NCBI GenBank assembly: GCA_000091165.1
Contig: FP565575.1
Coordinates: 660,001-692,000, forward strand
Direction of reading: 5' to 3'
From: Candidatus Methylomirabilis oxygeniifera
Lineage (GTDB): Bacteria > Methylomirabilota > Methylomirabilia > Methylomirabilales > Methylomirabilaceae
Length of the DNA stretch: 32,000 bases
Program-made: the position numbers and the translations under genes
Notes under the pieces: model-generated
The model's input: the letters and a program-made list of their open reading frames with translations, nothing else
Database searches by the model: none
Told to the model about the DNA's origin: nothing
In this document: piece after piece, positions 1 through 10,701 of the stretch
Layout of the letters: each line of letters begins with the position of its first letter
Numbering within the stretch: position 1 is the first letter of the stretch

Positions 1-3000
1 TGGCCGTATCCCCCGGCGAGCTGGACCGGGTTCACCCGCGTGCGGGTCAGGCTGTTGTGGCCACCGGCCCGCCGTCCGCGAAGCTGTGACTTCGGCACGT
101 AGATCGTCCGTTCGACCGCGTGATAATACAGGCAGGTGCCGGACTGGACACGGGAGCTGACATTGGCCCGGGTGACCACCACGCCGTTGTCGTTGTAGAC
201 CTCTACCCAGTCGTTATCCTTGAGGCCCACGCGGGCGGCGTCTTTATCGTTGATCCAGATCGGATCCATGCCCCGCGACAAGGTGAGCATGCGGTGATTA
301 TCTTTGTAGGTGGAGTGGATGTTCCACTTGCCGTGGGGCGTAATGTAGTTCAGGAGCAGCGCGCGTTCATCCTGTCCGCTTTCGGTGATGTCATGGATCA
401 GGACCGGGTCGAGTTTTGGCTTGTAGGTCGGCAGGTTCTCGCCGAAGTCGATGAAATAGGGGTGATCAAGATACAGATGCTGGCGGCCGGTCAGCGTGCG
501 CCAGGGCACAAGCCGCTCCACCATCATCGTCCAGGCGGAGTAGGCGCGTCCGTCGTTGGTCATCCCGCTCCAGCAGGGAGAGATCAGCGTGCGCCTGGGC
601 TGCCGTTTCAGATCGCCGAAGTTCAGCCGCAGGCTGCGGTGGCCTTCGGCCATGTCCGCAAGCTCCACCCCGACCAGTTCCCCTTTGGCCTTGAAGCCTT
701 CGTAGCAGATTTCGCCGTTGGTTTCCGGCGACAGGTGCAGGATCAGGTTGGCGGCATCCAGCGCCGTTTCGAGCGAGGGGTACTTCTGCCCGCCCCATGA
801 GACCGTCCGCTTGTGGCGGGGGTCCGGAGATCCTCCCTCTGGGTACTCCAGCAGTTCGTCGTAGAATTTCCCGATGGGAATGGGGCCCCAATTGTGGCCG
901 GTCAGCCCGTCCTCGCGCACCTTCCGCCCGAACGAGATGAATTTCTGATAGAGCTTCGAGTAATCGCGTTCGACGATCTTCAGATGGGGAAAATTGCGAC
1001 CGGGTTCGAGCGGATCGTTCTGACCCTTCCAGTCCACGACCTCCCGCTGAGCCATCTCGTCCGGGCAATTGGCGCTGAGCGGGGCGGCGACCAGGTCCTT
1101 CACGGGACCGTCAAATGCATACCCGGCCATCTCCGAGACTCGCTTGGCCAACGCCTTGAAGATGTCGAAATCACTCCTGGCCTCCCAGGGCGGATCGACG
1201 GCCTTCCCGAGGTTGTGAATGAACGAGTGCAGGTCGGTCGTGTTCAGGTCGTCTTTCTCGTACCAGAAGGCGGTGGGAAGGACGATGTCGGAATAGACGG
1301 CCGAGGTATCCATGCGGAAGTTGATGTCCACCACCAGGTCCATCTTGCCTTCCGGGGCCTTCCCTGTCGCCTTGACGTCCTTGGCGGTTCCATTCACCCG
1401 TTCCTGGGCGATCAGGTTGTGATGGGTGCCCAGGTAGTGGCGCAGAAAGAACTCGTGACCCTTGGCGCTGGATTGAATGGCGTTTCCACGCCAGATCAGC
1501 CAGACCCTCGGCCAGTTCTCCGGAGCATCCGGGTTCTCGACGGAGAGTTCGAGCGTGCCCGTCCTGATCGCGTCGAGTACGTATTGCACGATCTCCTCCG
1601 CACTCTTTGCGCCGGCCTGCTCCGCCTCACGAATGACCTCGATCGGATTCCTGTTGAACTGCGGGTAAAACGGCATCCAGCCAAGGCGAACGGAGCGGGC
1701 CACATGATCTGCGGCATGCCCCTTTGCCCACTTGACGTCATTCGGCAGCGGGGCGTATTCCGTAAACTCCCCCTCGTACCGCCACTGATCGCTCATAATG
1801 TAATGCCACAAGGGGGTCTGCTGGAGGCGCGGGGGTTTCAACCAGTCGTTCGCGAAGGCGACAGGTTTCCATGCTGCGGCCAGTGTCAGTTTCTCCTGTC
1901 CGACGTAATGGTTGAGTCCCCCGCCGTTCACGCCGCAGCAGCCGCACAGGATCAGCGCGGTGGACGGCCCACGGTAGACAAGGTTGTTGTTGTACCAGTG
2001 GTTGGCGCTGGCGCCGATGATCACCATCGATTTGCCGCGGGTCTTCTCGGCGTTGCCGGCGAACTCTCGGGCGAAGCGGATGATCGTCTCTCGCCCGATC
2101 CCGGTGATGGGCTCCTGCCAGGCGGGCGTGTAAGGCACGGTGTCGTCGTAACTCGTGGGGTAATCGCCGGGGAGCCCGCGCGAGACGCCATAATGCGCGA
2201 ACAGCAGGTCGTAGACGGTGGCCACCGGCATCGGGCCGTCCTTTGTGGGCACATGGCGCACGGGCACCCCGCGCAACAGATACCGCTTCCCGGCAAAATC
2301 GTAGATCTTGACCTGCATCACCTCATCGCACTGATTGAGGAAACTGAGCTGCGGGTCGATCCGGGAGTCGTCGAGCGAATCCTCCAGCTTGAGGTTCCAT
2401 CTGCCTTTCCTGCTGCCCCAGTGGTGACCGACAGCGCCCTTCGGACTGCGCAACTCGCCCGAAAGGCTGTCCTGAATAAGAAATTTCCAGGCATTGTGTT
2501 CTTCGCCGCTGTAACGCTCGATTTCCCCCGCAGTCAGCAGGCGGCCGGGTTTGACGCTTCCATCCGATGCCGTGTCCAGCTTGACGAGAAACGGACCGTC
2601 TGAATAGCGCGTCAGGTAATCGATGAAGTAGTCGATCGTCCGGTCGGCGTGAAACTCTTTGAGGATCACGTGGTTGACAGCCATCCACATGGCGTTGTCC
2701 TCGCCGGCCTTCACAGGGATCCACCAGTCGGAGTATTTCGCGACCTGGTTGAAGTCCGGGGCCACCACGACGAACTTGGCCCCTTCGTAGCGGCCCTCGG
2801 AGATAAAATGGACATCGGGCGTGCGGGTCATGTTCAGGTTGGCCCCCACCGACACGATGAACTTCGAGTTGTACCAATCCGCGCTTTCGCAGACGTCGGT
2901 TTGATCGCCCCAGGTCTCCGGGAACTGGTTGGGCAGATCCGCGTACCAGTCGTAAAAGCTCATGCTGGCGCCGCCGAAGAGCTGGGTGAATCGTGAACCG

Positions 3001-3554
3001 GCGGCATACGACAGATACGACATGGCAGGAATGGGCGAGAAGCTGAACAGCCGGTCCGGTCCGTATTTCTTCGCGGTATACAGGCAGGCGGCCGCCACGA
3101 TCTCCAACGCCTCGTCCCACGACGCACGCCGGAATCCGCCCTTGCCGCGCGCCCGTTGATACCGTTTGCGTTTGGATTCGTCTTCGACGATAGACCGCCA
3201 GGCTTCAACCGGATTCTCATGCTGCTGCTTCGCCTCCCTCCAGAAATCGAGCAGCGGGCCGCGGATATACGGGTATTTCACCCGGATGGGACTGTACACA
3301 TACCAGGAGGCGGAGATACCGCGCTGACATCCGCGAGGTTCGTACGGGGGCAGCTTGTCCTCGAGCATGGGGTAGTCGGTCTGCTGCATCTCCCATACGA
3401 TAATCCCATCCTTGACGTACACCTCCCAGGAACATCCGCCGGTGCAGTTGACACCGTGGGTGCTGCGCACGATCCGGTCGTACTGCCAACGGTTCCGGTA
3501 GAAATCCTCCCACTCGCGGCGCTCGGGCTTGAACAGGTCCTGGATCCAACCCAT
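1..3554 (-). CDS. narG: Respiratory nitrate reductase / nitrite oxidoreductase-type alpha subunit (3'-truncated by window edge)
   Basis: Minus-strand frame open from ATG at 3554 (AAGGAGGGGTG RBS just upstream) through position 1. My translation gives [62 protein letters not shown]...[10 protein letters not shown]...[33 protein letters not shown], closely matching NarG signature regions; C-terminal part [36 protein letters not shown]. The ORF track omits it because it has no stop inside the window. Confidence 0.95.
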   Translation of the reverse strand, partial: MGWIQDLFKPERREWEDFYRNRWQYDRIVRSTHGVNCTGGCSWEVYVKDGIIVWEMQQTDYPMLEDKLPPYEPRGCQRGISASWYVYSPIRVKYPYIRGPLLDFWREAKQQHENPVEAWRSIVEDESKRKRYQRARGKGGFRRASWDEALEIVAAACLYTAKKYGPDRLFSFSPIPAMSYLSYAAGSRFTQLFGGASMSFYDWYADLPNQFPETWGDQTDVCESADWYNSKFIVSVGANLNMTRTPDVHFISEGRYEGAKFVVVAPDFNQVAKYSDWWIPVKAGEDNAMWMAVNHVILKEFHADRTIDYFIDYLTRYSDGPFLVKLDTASDGSVKPGRLLTAGEIERYSGEEHNAWKFLIQDSLSGELRSPKGAVGHHWGSRKGRWNLKLEDSLDDSRIDPQLSFLNQCDEVMQVKIYDFAGKRYLLRGVPVRHVPTKDGPMPVATVYDLLFAHYGVSRGLPGDYPTSYDDTVPYTPAWQEPITGIGRETIIRFAREFAGNAEKTRGKSMVIIGASANHWYNNNLVYRGPSTALILCGCCGVNGGGLNHYVGQEKLTLAAAWKPVAFANDWLKPPRLQQTPLWHYIMSDQWRYEGEFTEYAPLPNDVKWAKGHAADHVARSVRLGWMPFYPQFNRNPIEVIREAEQAGAKSAEEIVQYVLDAIRTGTLELSVENPDAPENWPRVWLIWRGNAIQSSAKGHEFFLRHYLGTHHNLIAQERVNGTAKDVKATGKAPEGKMDLVVDINFRMDTSAVYSDIVLPTAFWYEKDDLNTTDLHSFIHNLGKAVDPPWEARSDFDIFKALAKRVSEMAGYAFDGPVKDLVAAPLSANCPDEMAQREVVDWKGQNDPLEPGRNFPHLKIVERDYSKLYQKFISFGRKVREDGLTGHNWGPIPIGKFYDELLEYPEGGSPDPRHKRTVSWGGQKYPSLETALDAANLILHLSPETNGEICYEGFKAKGELVGVELADMAEGHRSLRLNFGDLKRQPRRTLISPCWSGMTNDGRAYSAWTMMVERLVPWRTLTGRQHLYLDHPYFIDFGENLPTYKPKLDPVLIHDITESGQDERALLLNYITPHGKWNIHSTYKDNHRMLTLSRGMDPIWINDKDAARVGLKDNDWVEVYNDNGVVVTRANVSSRVQSGTCLYYHAVERTIYVPKSQLRGRRAGGHNSLTRTRVNPVQLAGGYG

Positions 3555-4819
3555 CAGGACACCCCTCCTTGATTGCTGTAGGACCGTTCATACATGGTTC
3601 GGCGCACATCCCGACCCCGATTCCTCCATATTCCCTGAATCATCAACAGGAAGACCACGGCCCCGACGGACCCGATGCCGGCAAGCTGATAGATCTGGTT
3701 GGTGGCCCGACCGATGCCCGTAGTGAAGAAGGCCAACAGGTGACGCTTTTCCTCATCCGTCAGCGTTTTCTTGGTGTAGATCGGTTTCATGGGCGCCACG
3801 TGCTCTGTCCACGTGATCATCCCATCACCGAATTTGTGATAGGCGCCCGTCAGGTCCGGTCCCAGGACCCCGCCTCCGAGCGCCCCTATGCCGCTGACGG
3901 AGTGGCACGCCCGGCACGAAGCCCCGCCGCCGGCGAGTCTCTCGGCGCCGGTAAACAGGCTCTTCCCCTTGTCCGGGTCCCCCCTCATCAGCCCTGGTAT
4001 CTCAGGAGGGGTCCATGTATTCGCCTGTTCGCGCTGCTCCGGCGTGGAGAGGGACAGCACATAGTGAACCAGATCCCATGCGTCCTTACCGACCGCCCAG
4101 TCGCTCATCGGCATCGGTGTGCCGGGCATGCCCGCGAGTATCCTCCGATAGAGTGTCTCCGGGTCCGGGTTCCCCTTAAAGACCCCCTCGGTCAGGTCGC
4201 GCGGATGCGTGGGCACACCGTCTTCATCCAACTGCTCCTGTACGCCATCCCCTTTGCCGGTTGGCCCGTGGCAGGAGGCGCAGCCGTCGGCGTACAGCTC
4301 CTTCGCACGCTTGGCGGCGGCGGGATCGTACGGGGGCTCCAGCGGAACAGCGATGACCCCTTCTCCGGTGCCGGCGCCAGAGGCGGGCGCTTGCTGCGAC
4401 TTGACGGTGATCGGCGTTTCGGCGAACGACTTGACATACTGGACCAGGGCCCAGCGCTGTTGTTCCGGCAGGTGTTTCCACGAGGGCATCGCGGTTCCGG
4501 GTAGCCCGCGTGTAATCGCGTTGAACAGGTCCTCATCGGTAGGCAGGCGTTCCCACGTGGAGACCATGCGGTATTTCGCGGTGACGAAGTTGCGCGGTTT
4601 GATCTTCAGCAGGTCGGCGGCTATACCTTTGCCGCGGCCGTCCGCTCCGTGGCAGGCGGCGCACTCTGCCGTATAGATGGCCTTCCCTGTTGCAAGGAGT
4701 GTCGGCGAGGGCGGAGGAGTGATGGCGGCTGCTGCGGTCAGAGAGAAGAGGGTAGCCAGCGCCGCGAGCGAAAGGCTTACCTGTATCCCGATAAGAATCC
4801 GGTATCGTGGACCCACCAT
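3554..4819 (-). CDS. Membrane-anchored triheme cytochrome c associated with nitrate reductase
   Basis: 421 aa with N-terminal signal/TM, three CXXCH motifs (CAACH, CASCH, CRACH), C-terminal TM ([17 protein letters not shown]). Its TGA overlaps the narG ATG by one base (TGATG). Confidence 0.9.
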   Translation of the reverse strand: MVGPRYRILIGIQVSLSLAALATLFSLTAAAAITPPPSPTLLATGKAIYTAECAACHGADGRGKGIAADLLKIKPRNFVTAKYRMVSTWERLPTDEDLFNAITRGLPGTAMPSWKHLPEQQRWALVQYVKSFAETPITVKSQQAPASGAGTGEGVIAVPLEPPYDPAAAKRAKELYADGCASCHGPTGKGDGVQEQLDEDGVPTHPRDLTEGVFKGNPDPETLYRRILAGMPGTPMPMSDWAVGKDAWDLVHYVLSLSTPEQREQANTWTPPEIPGLMRGDPDKGKSLFTGAERLAGGGASCRACHSVSGIGALGGGVLGPDLTGAYHKFGDGMITWTEHVAPMKPIYTKKTLTDEEKRHLLAFFTTGIGRATNQIYQLAGIGSVGAVVFLLMIQGIWRNRGRDVRRTMYERSYSNQGGVS

Positions 4820-5165
4820 CCCCGTAGCCCCACTGCCTGTTTCATCCGGTTACGGTTCCTGCTCGATGGTAGTGGTACTAAAACAACAATTGGATTCTGT
4901 GTTGTGTTAGGTAGGCAGGCCGAGCTGAGTCGGCTAAGTGTGAAACGATATTGGTGTAGCGATACAGGTTTGTCAAGAGGTTTTTAGGCCTATTGAGGGC
5001 CTATTATCAAGCCTTCGCAAGGTTTTTGCACACGTGTCGTCCGGAGTGTTTCACAATGATTCATCATTGCCAGAACCCTGTTTCATTTCTGTACAAACTG
5101 GAATACCCCATGCGCTACTGGCGCACCCATGCGCATGAAAGTCTGCCATGGCTTATCCCCGTTCC

Positions 5166-5192
5166 CCTCGCCCCCATTTGGGGGAGGGTGGA
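5166..5192. repeat. Short hairpin repeat (REP-like) CCCTCG-CCCCC-ATTT-GGGGG-AGGG
   Basis: cccctcgcccccatttgggggagggtg; perfect CCCCC/GGGGG stem with G/C-rich flanks, at the 5' edge of the sbcC fragment. Confidence 0.5.
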
Positions 5193-6372
5193 GGCGAGCA
5201 ATACTGGAATCTCGCGCCTTGCCGCCGATCTGGAAGGACGTCGGGCAACCTGTGCGGCCAAGGAGGCGGCCGCCGGAGAAGCCGAGAAGCAGCATGGTGA
5301 AAAGCGGGACGATTTCAACAAGCTGATCGGCGAACGGGGCGAGGTGATAGGAGGACGCCCCATAACAGAGGTTCGGACTGAATATCGCGTGCGCTGGGAG
5401 GTCGCCGACAAAGTGTGGAATGAGGCGGAAACGGCGAGATCCGAGGCAGAGAAGGCCGCAGCGGCATCCAATGTCATCTCCGCCCGGAATACCGTCAATT
5501 CGACACGCGCCGCACGCGATTCTGCCGAACGTGTGCTTGCAGAGAGGCTTCAGGCCTGCGAAATCAGTAGGGAGCAAGCCGAAGCGGCGATCGCTAAGGG
5601 TGAGAGTTGGGTGGCAGTGGAGCAAGCACGCCTGGATACCCTTCGAGAGACCGTCGCGGCCGCGAGGGCGACACTGTCCGAACGACAACAGGCGGTTGCG
5701 GTACACGAGGCGAACGACCGACCGGACCGGATTCTCGAGGAGATCGTCGCGGCATTGACGAATATTGAGGCACGTCGTTCGAAAGCGTCTGAAGAATGTG
5801 TCTCAGCACGTGCCGTCCTCCGTAACGACGATCAGGTGCGAGCCCGGATGGCCGAAATTCAGGCGGCCCTCGGCGAACGGCGCGAGGCGGCGCGCGTCTG
5901 GAGTCAGTTGGACGACCTCATCGGCTCCGCTGACGGGTCCAAGTTTCGGCGGTTTGCTCAATCGCTGACGTTCAATTATCTGATCCGCTTGGCGAACCGG
6001 CATCTTGCGGACCTGAATCCGCGTTACGAATTGCAACGTGTGCCGAGTGGTGACCTGGTGTTGCAGGTGATCGACCGAGACATGGCGGACGAGGTACGCG
6101 GCGTTCACAGCCTCTCCCTCGCGCTCGGTCTCGCGAGTATGGCGTCCAGCCGAGGGATCAAGGTTGAGAGCCTGTTCATCGACGAGGGCTTCGGCTCGCT
6201 CGACAGCAACAGTCTGGCAATGGCCGTGTCTGTGCTCGAGCAACTTCAAGCGACCGGCCGACGAGTCGGCGTCATCAGTCATGTCGATGAACTGAAAGAA
6301 CGCATCGCAGTAAAAAAAGAAGTCACCCCAGTCGGTCGAGGCCGTAGCACCGTCCAGGTCGTCACTGCCTGA
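5190..6372 (+). pseudogene. Orphan C-terminal fragment of SbcC-like exonuclease/SMC ATPase
   Basis: Coiled-coil region followed by SbcC C-terminal signature SLTFNYLIRLANRHLADLNPRYEL...SLSLALGLASM...LFIDEGFGSLDSNSLAMAVSVLEQLQATGRRVGVISHVDELKERI (Walker B/D-loop). No N-terminal Walker A half is present; left boundary approximate. Confidence 0.8.
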
Positions 6373-6768
6373 TGTTACGGTCAGGTGAAAATAGCCGGGG
6401 GTCAGTGGCCGGGATGACCGGCTACAGGGCGACCGAGACTGGCTACCGATTGTTAGGGTGATAGGCCGCCAAAGCTGGCAGTGTTTGTCGACCACAATCG
6501 TCTTGACCGATTAGGCTAAGTATGGGAGATTACAGCTAAAATCGTTGCCGAGAAGCGGAGTCGATTGAGGAGACAGACCGCCAGCCCTTGTCGGCCTCAA
6601 GAGCGGCTCACTTATAGTTAGCCGTCAACAACAGAAGAACCAAGCATGGTGATACCTGATTACCAGTCAATCATGCTTCCCTTGCTCCGTTTCGCTGCCG
6701 ACGGATCTGTTACCTTTTCTTGGTCGTCACCTATCTTCGGTCACCTTTCTTTCGAGGGAGACAGAATA

Positions 6769-7611
6769 ATGAGAAACGTCGTTCGAGCACTTGTCCTGCT
6801 GCTGGTCGCGCCGCTCCTCGCCGGCGCCGAGACGGATCAGTCGTTGACCGTGCTGCCGATGCGGAGCATGGAGCAACCCCTGGCGGCTCTGCCTCTCATT
6901 CCCCGCGCCATCACTCTGGAGCTTCCCGGCGCCACCATCCCCGTGAACCTGCAGGGCCGTGGACCGTTGCAGCTCGGCGCGTGGTTTGCTCGCGCGGATA
7001 ATCCGTCGATCGAGATGGGCGGCGTGATACTCAATCTGTGCGTCTGGTGGGAGATCCACCCGAAAAATGGGTACCCGAATGCCTCCGTGTACCAGTTTCG
7101 TCCAGCGAAGCTCGCAACGGACCTGCAGTGGCGGGACTACATCCTGCAGCTCGACATTCCGTCGATGGTCTGGGGCGGGACGGGAAGCGTCCATATCGTG
7201 CCCAAGGCCTATTTCGGCAACCTGCCGCCGAACAGCGAAAAATACGCCATCCAGCCGTCGGCCACGGTCGCGGTCGGACCGGAAGGAATGAAAGGCGATA
7301 TCCCCGCTCCGGATACGGCGACCATCCGGTTTCCCATGGTGGTGCTCGAATACCACAAGAGCACCGGCAAGGTTCAGTTGCGCGCCGGCAATCTCATCCT
7401 GGCCGAGGACCGGGGCGGCTACTGGTACAAGGACCAGCCGGGTAAATTCCAGATGGGGCCCTTCCGGGTGGACGTGAACGCGAAAACCGTGGACTACGGG
7501 GCCGCGGGGAAGTGGTATCCGGTCAAGCTCAAAGTGATCGTCGAGCCGGACATCCCGGGCCAGGCGATCCTCCACCCCCGCACGCTGGTAAGAACGAAGT
7601 ACTGGCAGTAG
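6769..7611 (+). CDS. Secreted hypothetical protein
   Basis: ATG at 6769 gives MRNVVRALVLLLVAPLLAGAETDQ... with a clear signal peptide; the longer 6646 start is upstream of this and less likely. Confidence 0.6.
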   Translation: MRNVVRALVLLLVAPLLAGAETDQSLTVLPMRSMEQPLAALPLIPRAITLELPGATIPVNLQGRGPLQLGAWFARADNPSIEMGGVILNLCVWWEIHPKNGYPNASVYQFRPAKLATDLQWRDYILQLDIPSMVWGGTGSVHIVPKAYFGNLPPNSEKYAIQPSATVAVGPEGMKGDIPAPDTATIRFPMVVLEYHKSTGKVQLRAGNLILAEDRGGYWYKDQPGKFQMGPFRVDVNAKTVDYGAAGKWYPVKLKVIVEPDIPGQAILHPRTLVRTKYWQ

Positions 7612-7679
7612 CCGCAGCGGCGGGGCGCCGCGGGAGTCGCGCTCGGTGCTCCCTAAAAGGGGGACCAATAATGAGGACG

Positions 7680-7925
7680 CTACCCACTTTTCCGAAAGGT
7701 GACAGATTTATTGTTCCAATCCCGCGATCCGTGAAAAATAAATCTGTCACCTTTCTTTGGGGCGACCCGCTTCGGCGCGGCCTGCGGGCACGCGCGCGTC
7801 ACTCGCAGTTTTCGCGCGTCGTGAATGAAGGCCGCAAGCGATAGCGCCAACCCAACCGCAACCGACACGAACGCCACCCAATGCATGACCGAATCCAGAC
7901 CGAGGCTGACACCGGCTCCGGTCAA
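7680..7925 (-). CDS. Small hypothetical membrane protein whose C-terminus is encoded by a repeat element
   Basis: 82 aa; one hydrophobic segment (HWVAFVSVAVGLALSLAAFIH); C-terminal KKGDRFIFHGSRDWNNKSVTFRKSG comes from the inverted repeat. Confidence 0.3.
   Translation of the reverse strand: MTGAGVSLGLDSVMHWVAFVSVAVGLALSLAAFIHDARKLRVTRACPQAAPKRVAPKKGDRFIFHGSRDWNNKSVTFRKSG
7694..7755. repeat. Palindromic element with 19-bp perfect inverted repeat
   Basis: Left arm GAAAGGTGACAGATTTATT (7694-7712), right arm AATAAATCTGTCACCTTTC (7737-7755), 24-nt spacer. Confidence 0.85.
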
Positions 7926-8038
7926 TAGTATCAGTTCGACGCCACCGGCTTACCCGGAACGGATGGCGGAATACTGCCAATTGACCGGTCGCCCCTTCCG
8001 TCATTTTTGATTCTGTTGCTAGTTATGCTTTGCAGGGC

Positions 8039-9892
8039 TAGCCCATCTTCCGCAGTTCGAGCATGGCACACCAACAACATCACACAGTTATAACTCAGAT
8101 CAGGCCGTTTTCTGCACTACATCGTCAACGACCTTGGGCCGGTTGGGCAGCAAAATATTCATCCACTGGAGCAGCACCCTCAGAGCTTGTGAAGGGGTGG
8201 AGACCACTCGCAGCCTGAGGGTTTTGTCGTTCGCTGGCAGCAGGATATCCAAGGATCGCACCTCCCGCATCTCCTCCAGGAGCTGTCTCGGCGCAGCGCC
8301 GAGTCCTGGAGCCTTCATCCACTGCTGCAGGCTTCGCCACATGGCCAGGGCCAGAAAACAGACCAGGATATGGGCCCGGGTCCGGTCCTGTCGCTGATGG
8401 TAGATCGGCCGCATGCCGAGATCCGACTTTTCGATCCGGAAGACGTCTTCCACTTCGGTCAAGCGGTTTCCGTGACTGTCACGGTGAAGAGCGAGGCGGC
8501 CCGGCTGTTTCTCTCCAGCAGCCGTCGGATCCGACGTTCGGCCTTCTGCCGATCCCGGAGTCGGCCCTGCTCGGCCTGGGCTTTCAGGGTGTGCAGTTCG
8601 GCCTCCAGACGGGCCAGAAATCGGTCGAGGATGGCCGCCTCCTTGGCCTTCCGACCGTCGGACCGGCACAGCACAAAGATGTCCGCTCCGCCGTCAGGTG
8701 ACGCGCACGTTTTGACCTCGACGCCGGGCTGCACCTCCGCCCAGTCGTGGGCCAGCAGTTCGTGGTCAAACTTTCTGAGCATCGACTTCGGAGTGCCGAC
8801 GAGATAACGTGCGCCACGCTGCCGCAGACACGCCAGGTTCTCTTCGCTGACCATCCCCCGGTCCATGACCCAGATGCGCTCGGTCTGACCGTACTTATGC
8901 TCCATGGTCAGTGCCATGTCTTTGGTCGTGGTGACATCGGGACGATTGCCGTCGAAGACACTTCAAAGGCCAGAGGCAAGCCATCCCGGCTCGTCACCAG
9001 GCCGATACAGACCTGGGGGCAATCCGGGCGACTGTCGCGGCTGTAGCCCCTCCTGGCCTGCGGATTACCGCGCGCCAGACCTTCCCAGTAGGCGGAGGTG
9101 ATATCGTAAAACAGAAAGTCGAAGGTGGCCCCAAAGAGTGTGCCGTAGCGCTCCTGCAGGTGTTGGCACAGGGCGTCTTTATATGGCAACAGGAGACATC
9201 CAGGGCGCGGTAGAGGCGATCGTCGTTGACCCTGTCCGTGGGCACGCCCAGCAGATCCTCACACGCGGTCTTGGCATACCAGGAGTCGGCGATCTGCAGT
9301 TCCGACGATGGGGCGCAGAATCAGGCAATGGTGAGGAGGCAGGCCATGACGGACCACGGGATCGCTTCCCTGCCTTCGGCCATCTGGGCGTGACACCAGG
9401 TGGCCAAGCCGAGCCGGTGCCACAGGAGCAGCGCCAGATACACATCGCCGAAGTGTCGCAGCCGCTCGACGCTGACACGCGTAAGATCGATAGTCGCCCA
9501 TGCCGGCGGCTCTGCTACCTGTTCAAAGAGACTGCGGTGGGGGCTTCCCTGTAAGCAGGCGGCCGATGGCGTCCCGGCCGATCCGCTCCTCTCGGTCCAG
9601 TCCCGGCAGTTCCCCGATCGTGGCGACGATGCGCTGGCGAGGGCCTCGTGCCGTGCGAACGGATTCCATCAGCGACCAGTAGCCGTACGTTTCGCCGTCC
9701 ACGTGCTTGTCATGTCGCCGCAGGTACATAACCGACGTTATGCCCGATCTCTGCGCCCACTGCAAAAGGCTTTTCTGCACTACACGTGGTGTTCGGCATC
9801 CGGCGCTTCCGGATCCCGGAGTGACGCGGTCCGGCTGATCGATTGACTATCTTTTCGGTGCAGATCGAGCCGTTGCTGCGGAAGATGGGTTA
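8039..9892 (-). mobile_element. Degenerate IS1634-type (IS4-superfamily DDE) insertion sequence
   Basis: 17-bp terminal inverted repeats with one mismatch: TAGCCCATCTTCCGCAG (8039-8055) and, reverse complement, TAACCCATCTTCCGCAG (9876-9892), enclosing transposase remnants. Confidence 0.8.
8107..9729 (-). pseudogene. IS1634-family transposase, frameshifted
   Basis: Coding pieces in different frames: MYLRRHDKHVDGETYGYWSLMESVRTARGPRQRIVATIGEL (start about 9729), GATFDFLFYDITSAYWEGLARGNPQARRGYSRDSRPDCPQVCIGLV, ERIWVMDRGMVSEENLACLRQRGARYLVGTPKSML, and EVEDVFRIEKSDLGMRPIYHQRQDRTRAHILVCFLALAMWRSL. The pieces carry the expected DDE-context motifs. Confidence 0.85.
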
Positions 9893-9901
9893 AACGTCGA
9901 C

Positions 9902-10288
9902 TCACCATTCCGTCCGCACGGGATACTGCGTGATGGCTGGATCGGGCGTCAGAATGGTCAGGCCGTGGGCGATGGCCTGGCAGATGAGCATCCGGTCGAA
10001 GGGGTCTTTGTGGTAATCGGGCAGCCTGGCAAGCTGCAGTACGGCAGCTTCCTCGAGCGACAGCGATCTGATTTCGTGGAGTGTGCGCTGTCTTGAGATG
10101 AATTGTCGGGGTGGCTCCGGTAACGGCAGACGGCCCAGGCGGTGCTTGATGACGATCTCCCAGGCGGACACAGCGCTCAGGTAGACCTCGTTGTCCGGGT
10201 CCGAAAAGAACTGACGCGCACTGGACGACAGATCGGGGCTATCGGCGATCAGCCACACGAACGTGCAGGTGTCGAGCAGCAGGTTCAC
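9902..10288 (-). CDS. PIN-domain toxin, VapC-like
   Basis: 128 aa: MNLLLDTCTFVWLIADSPDLSS...YLSAVSAWEIVIKHRLGRL...LPDYHKDPFDRMLICQAIAHGLTILTPDPAITQYPVR, typical PIN acidic residues and spacing. Confidence 0.9.
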   Translation of the reverse strand: MNLLLDTCTFVWLIADSPDLSSSARQFFSDPDNEVYLSAVSAWEIVIKHRLGRLPLPEPPRQFISRQRTLHEIRSLSLEEAAVLQLARLPDYHKDPFDRMLICQAIAHGLTILTPDPAITQYPVRTEW

Positions 10289-10530
10289 GCCTCACGGCCC
10301 TCAAAGGCAGCGATCAGCTCTTCCGGTAGCGGTTCGAAAAATGTCTTGGGAACCTGGAAAACCTTTTTCGCAAGTCCGATCGGGCGCGGCTTTTTGGGAA
10401 GCGTCGGCAGCGGGCGAATCTCAGCGATCGGGGTATTGCGTTTGCACAGCAGGATCGTCTCGCCCTCTTCAAGCTTTACCAGATACTCCGAGAGGTGAGT
10501 TTTGGCCTCGTGAATATTGATCTTGATCAT
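10285..10530 (-). CDS. Phd/YefM-type antitoxin (VapB-like)
   Basis: 81 aa MIKINIHEAKTHLSEYLVKLEEGETILLCKRNTPIAEIRPLP...; ATGA overlap with the downstream PIN toxin. Confidence 0.88.
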   Translation of the reverse strand: MIKINIHEAKTHLSEYLVKLEEGETILLCKRNTPIAEIRPLPTLPKKPRPIGLAKKVFQVPKTFFEPLPEELIAAFEGREA

Positions 10531-10701
10531 GGTTATATATTAAATCATCTAGTAAACCTTGTCAAGGATGGCTTTAGTGAGATCGGTCCTTCTCACGAGG
10601 ACGTCGTAATCGGCATAGGCAGTGCAGAACGGTTCGTGCCTCATCCGGTAATATTCCTTGACACTTATTTGATAAACTGGGTATGTTTATGACCGGCCTA
10701 G

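Noticed and set aside
120-2603. Long plus-strand ORFs (120..800 and 813..2603) opposite narG
   Set aside because: They are antisense shadow ORFs in GC-rich coding DNA; the minus strand encodes an unmistakable NarG over the same interval.
3569-4504. 311-aa plus-strand ORF opposite the triheme cytochrome
   Set aside because: Antisense artefact; the minus strand has signal peptide, three CXXCH motifs and translational coupling to narG.
5083-6495. Minus-strand ORFs (5083..5706 and 5803..6495) across the SbcC fragment
   Set aside because: No recognisable domain; the plus-strand frame carries the SbcC C-terminal signature.
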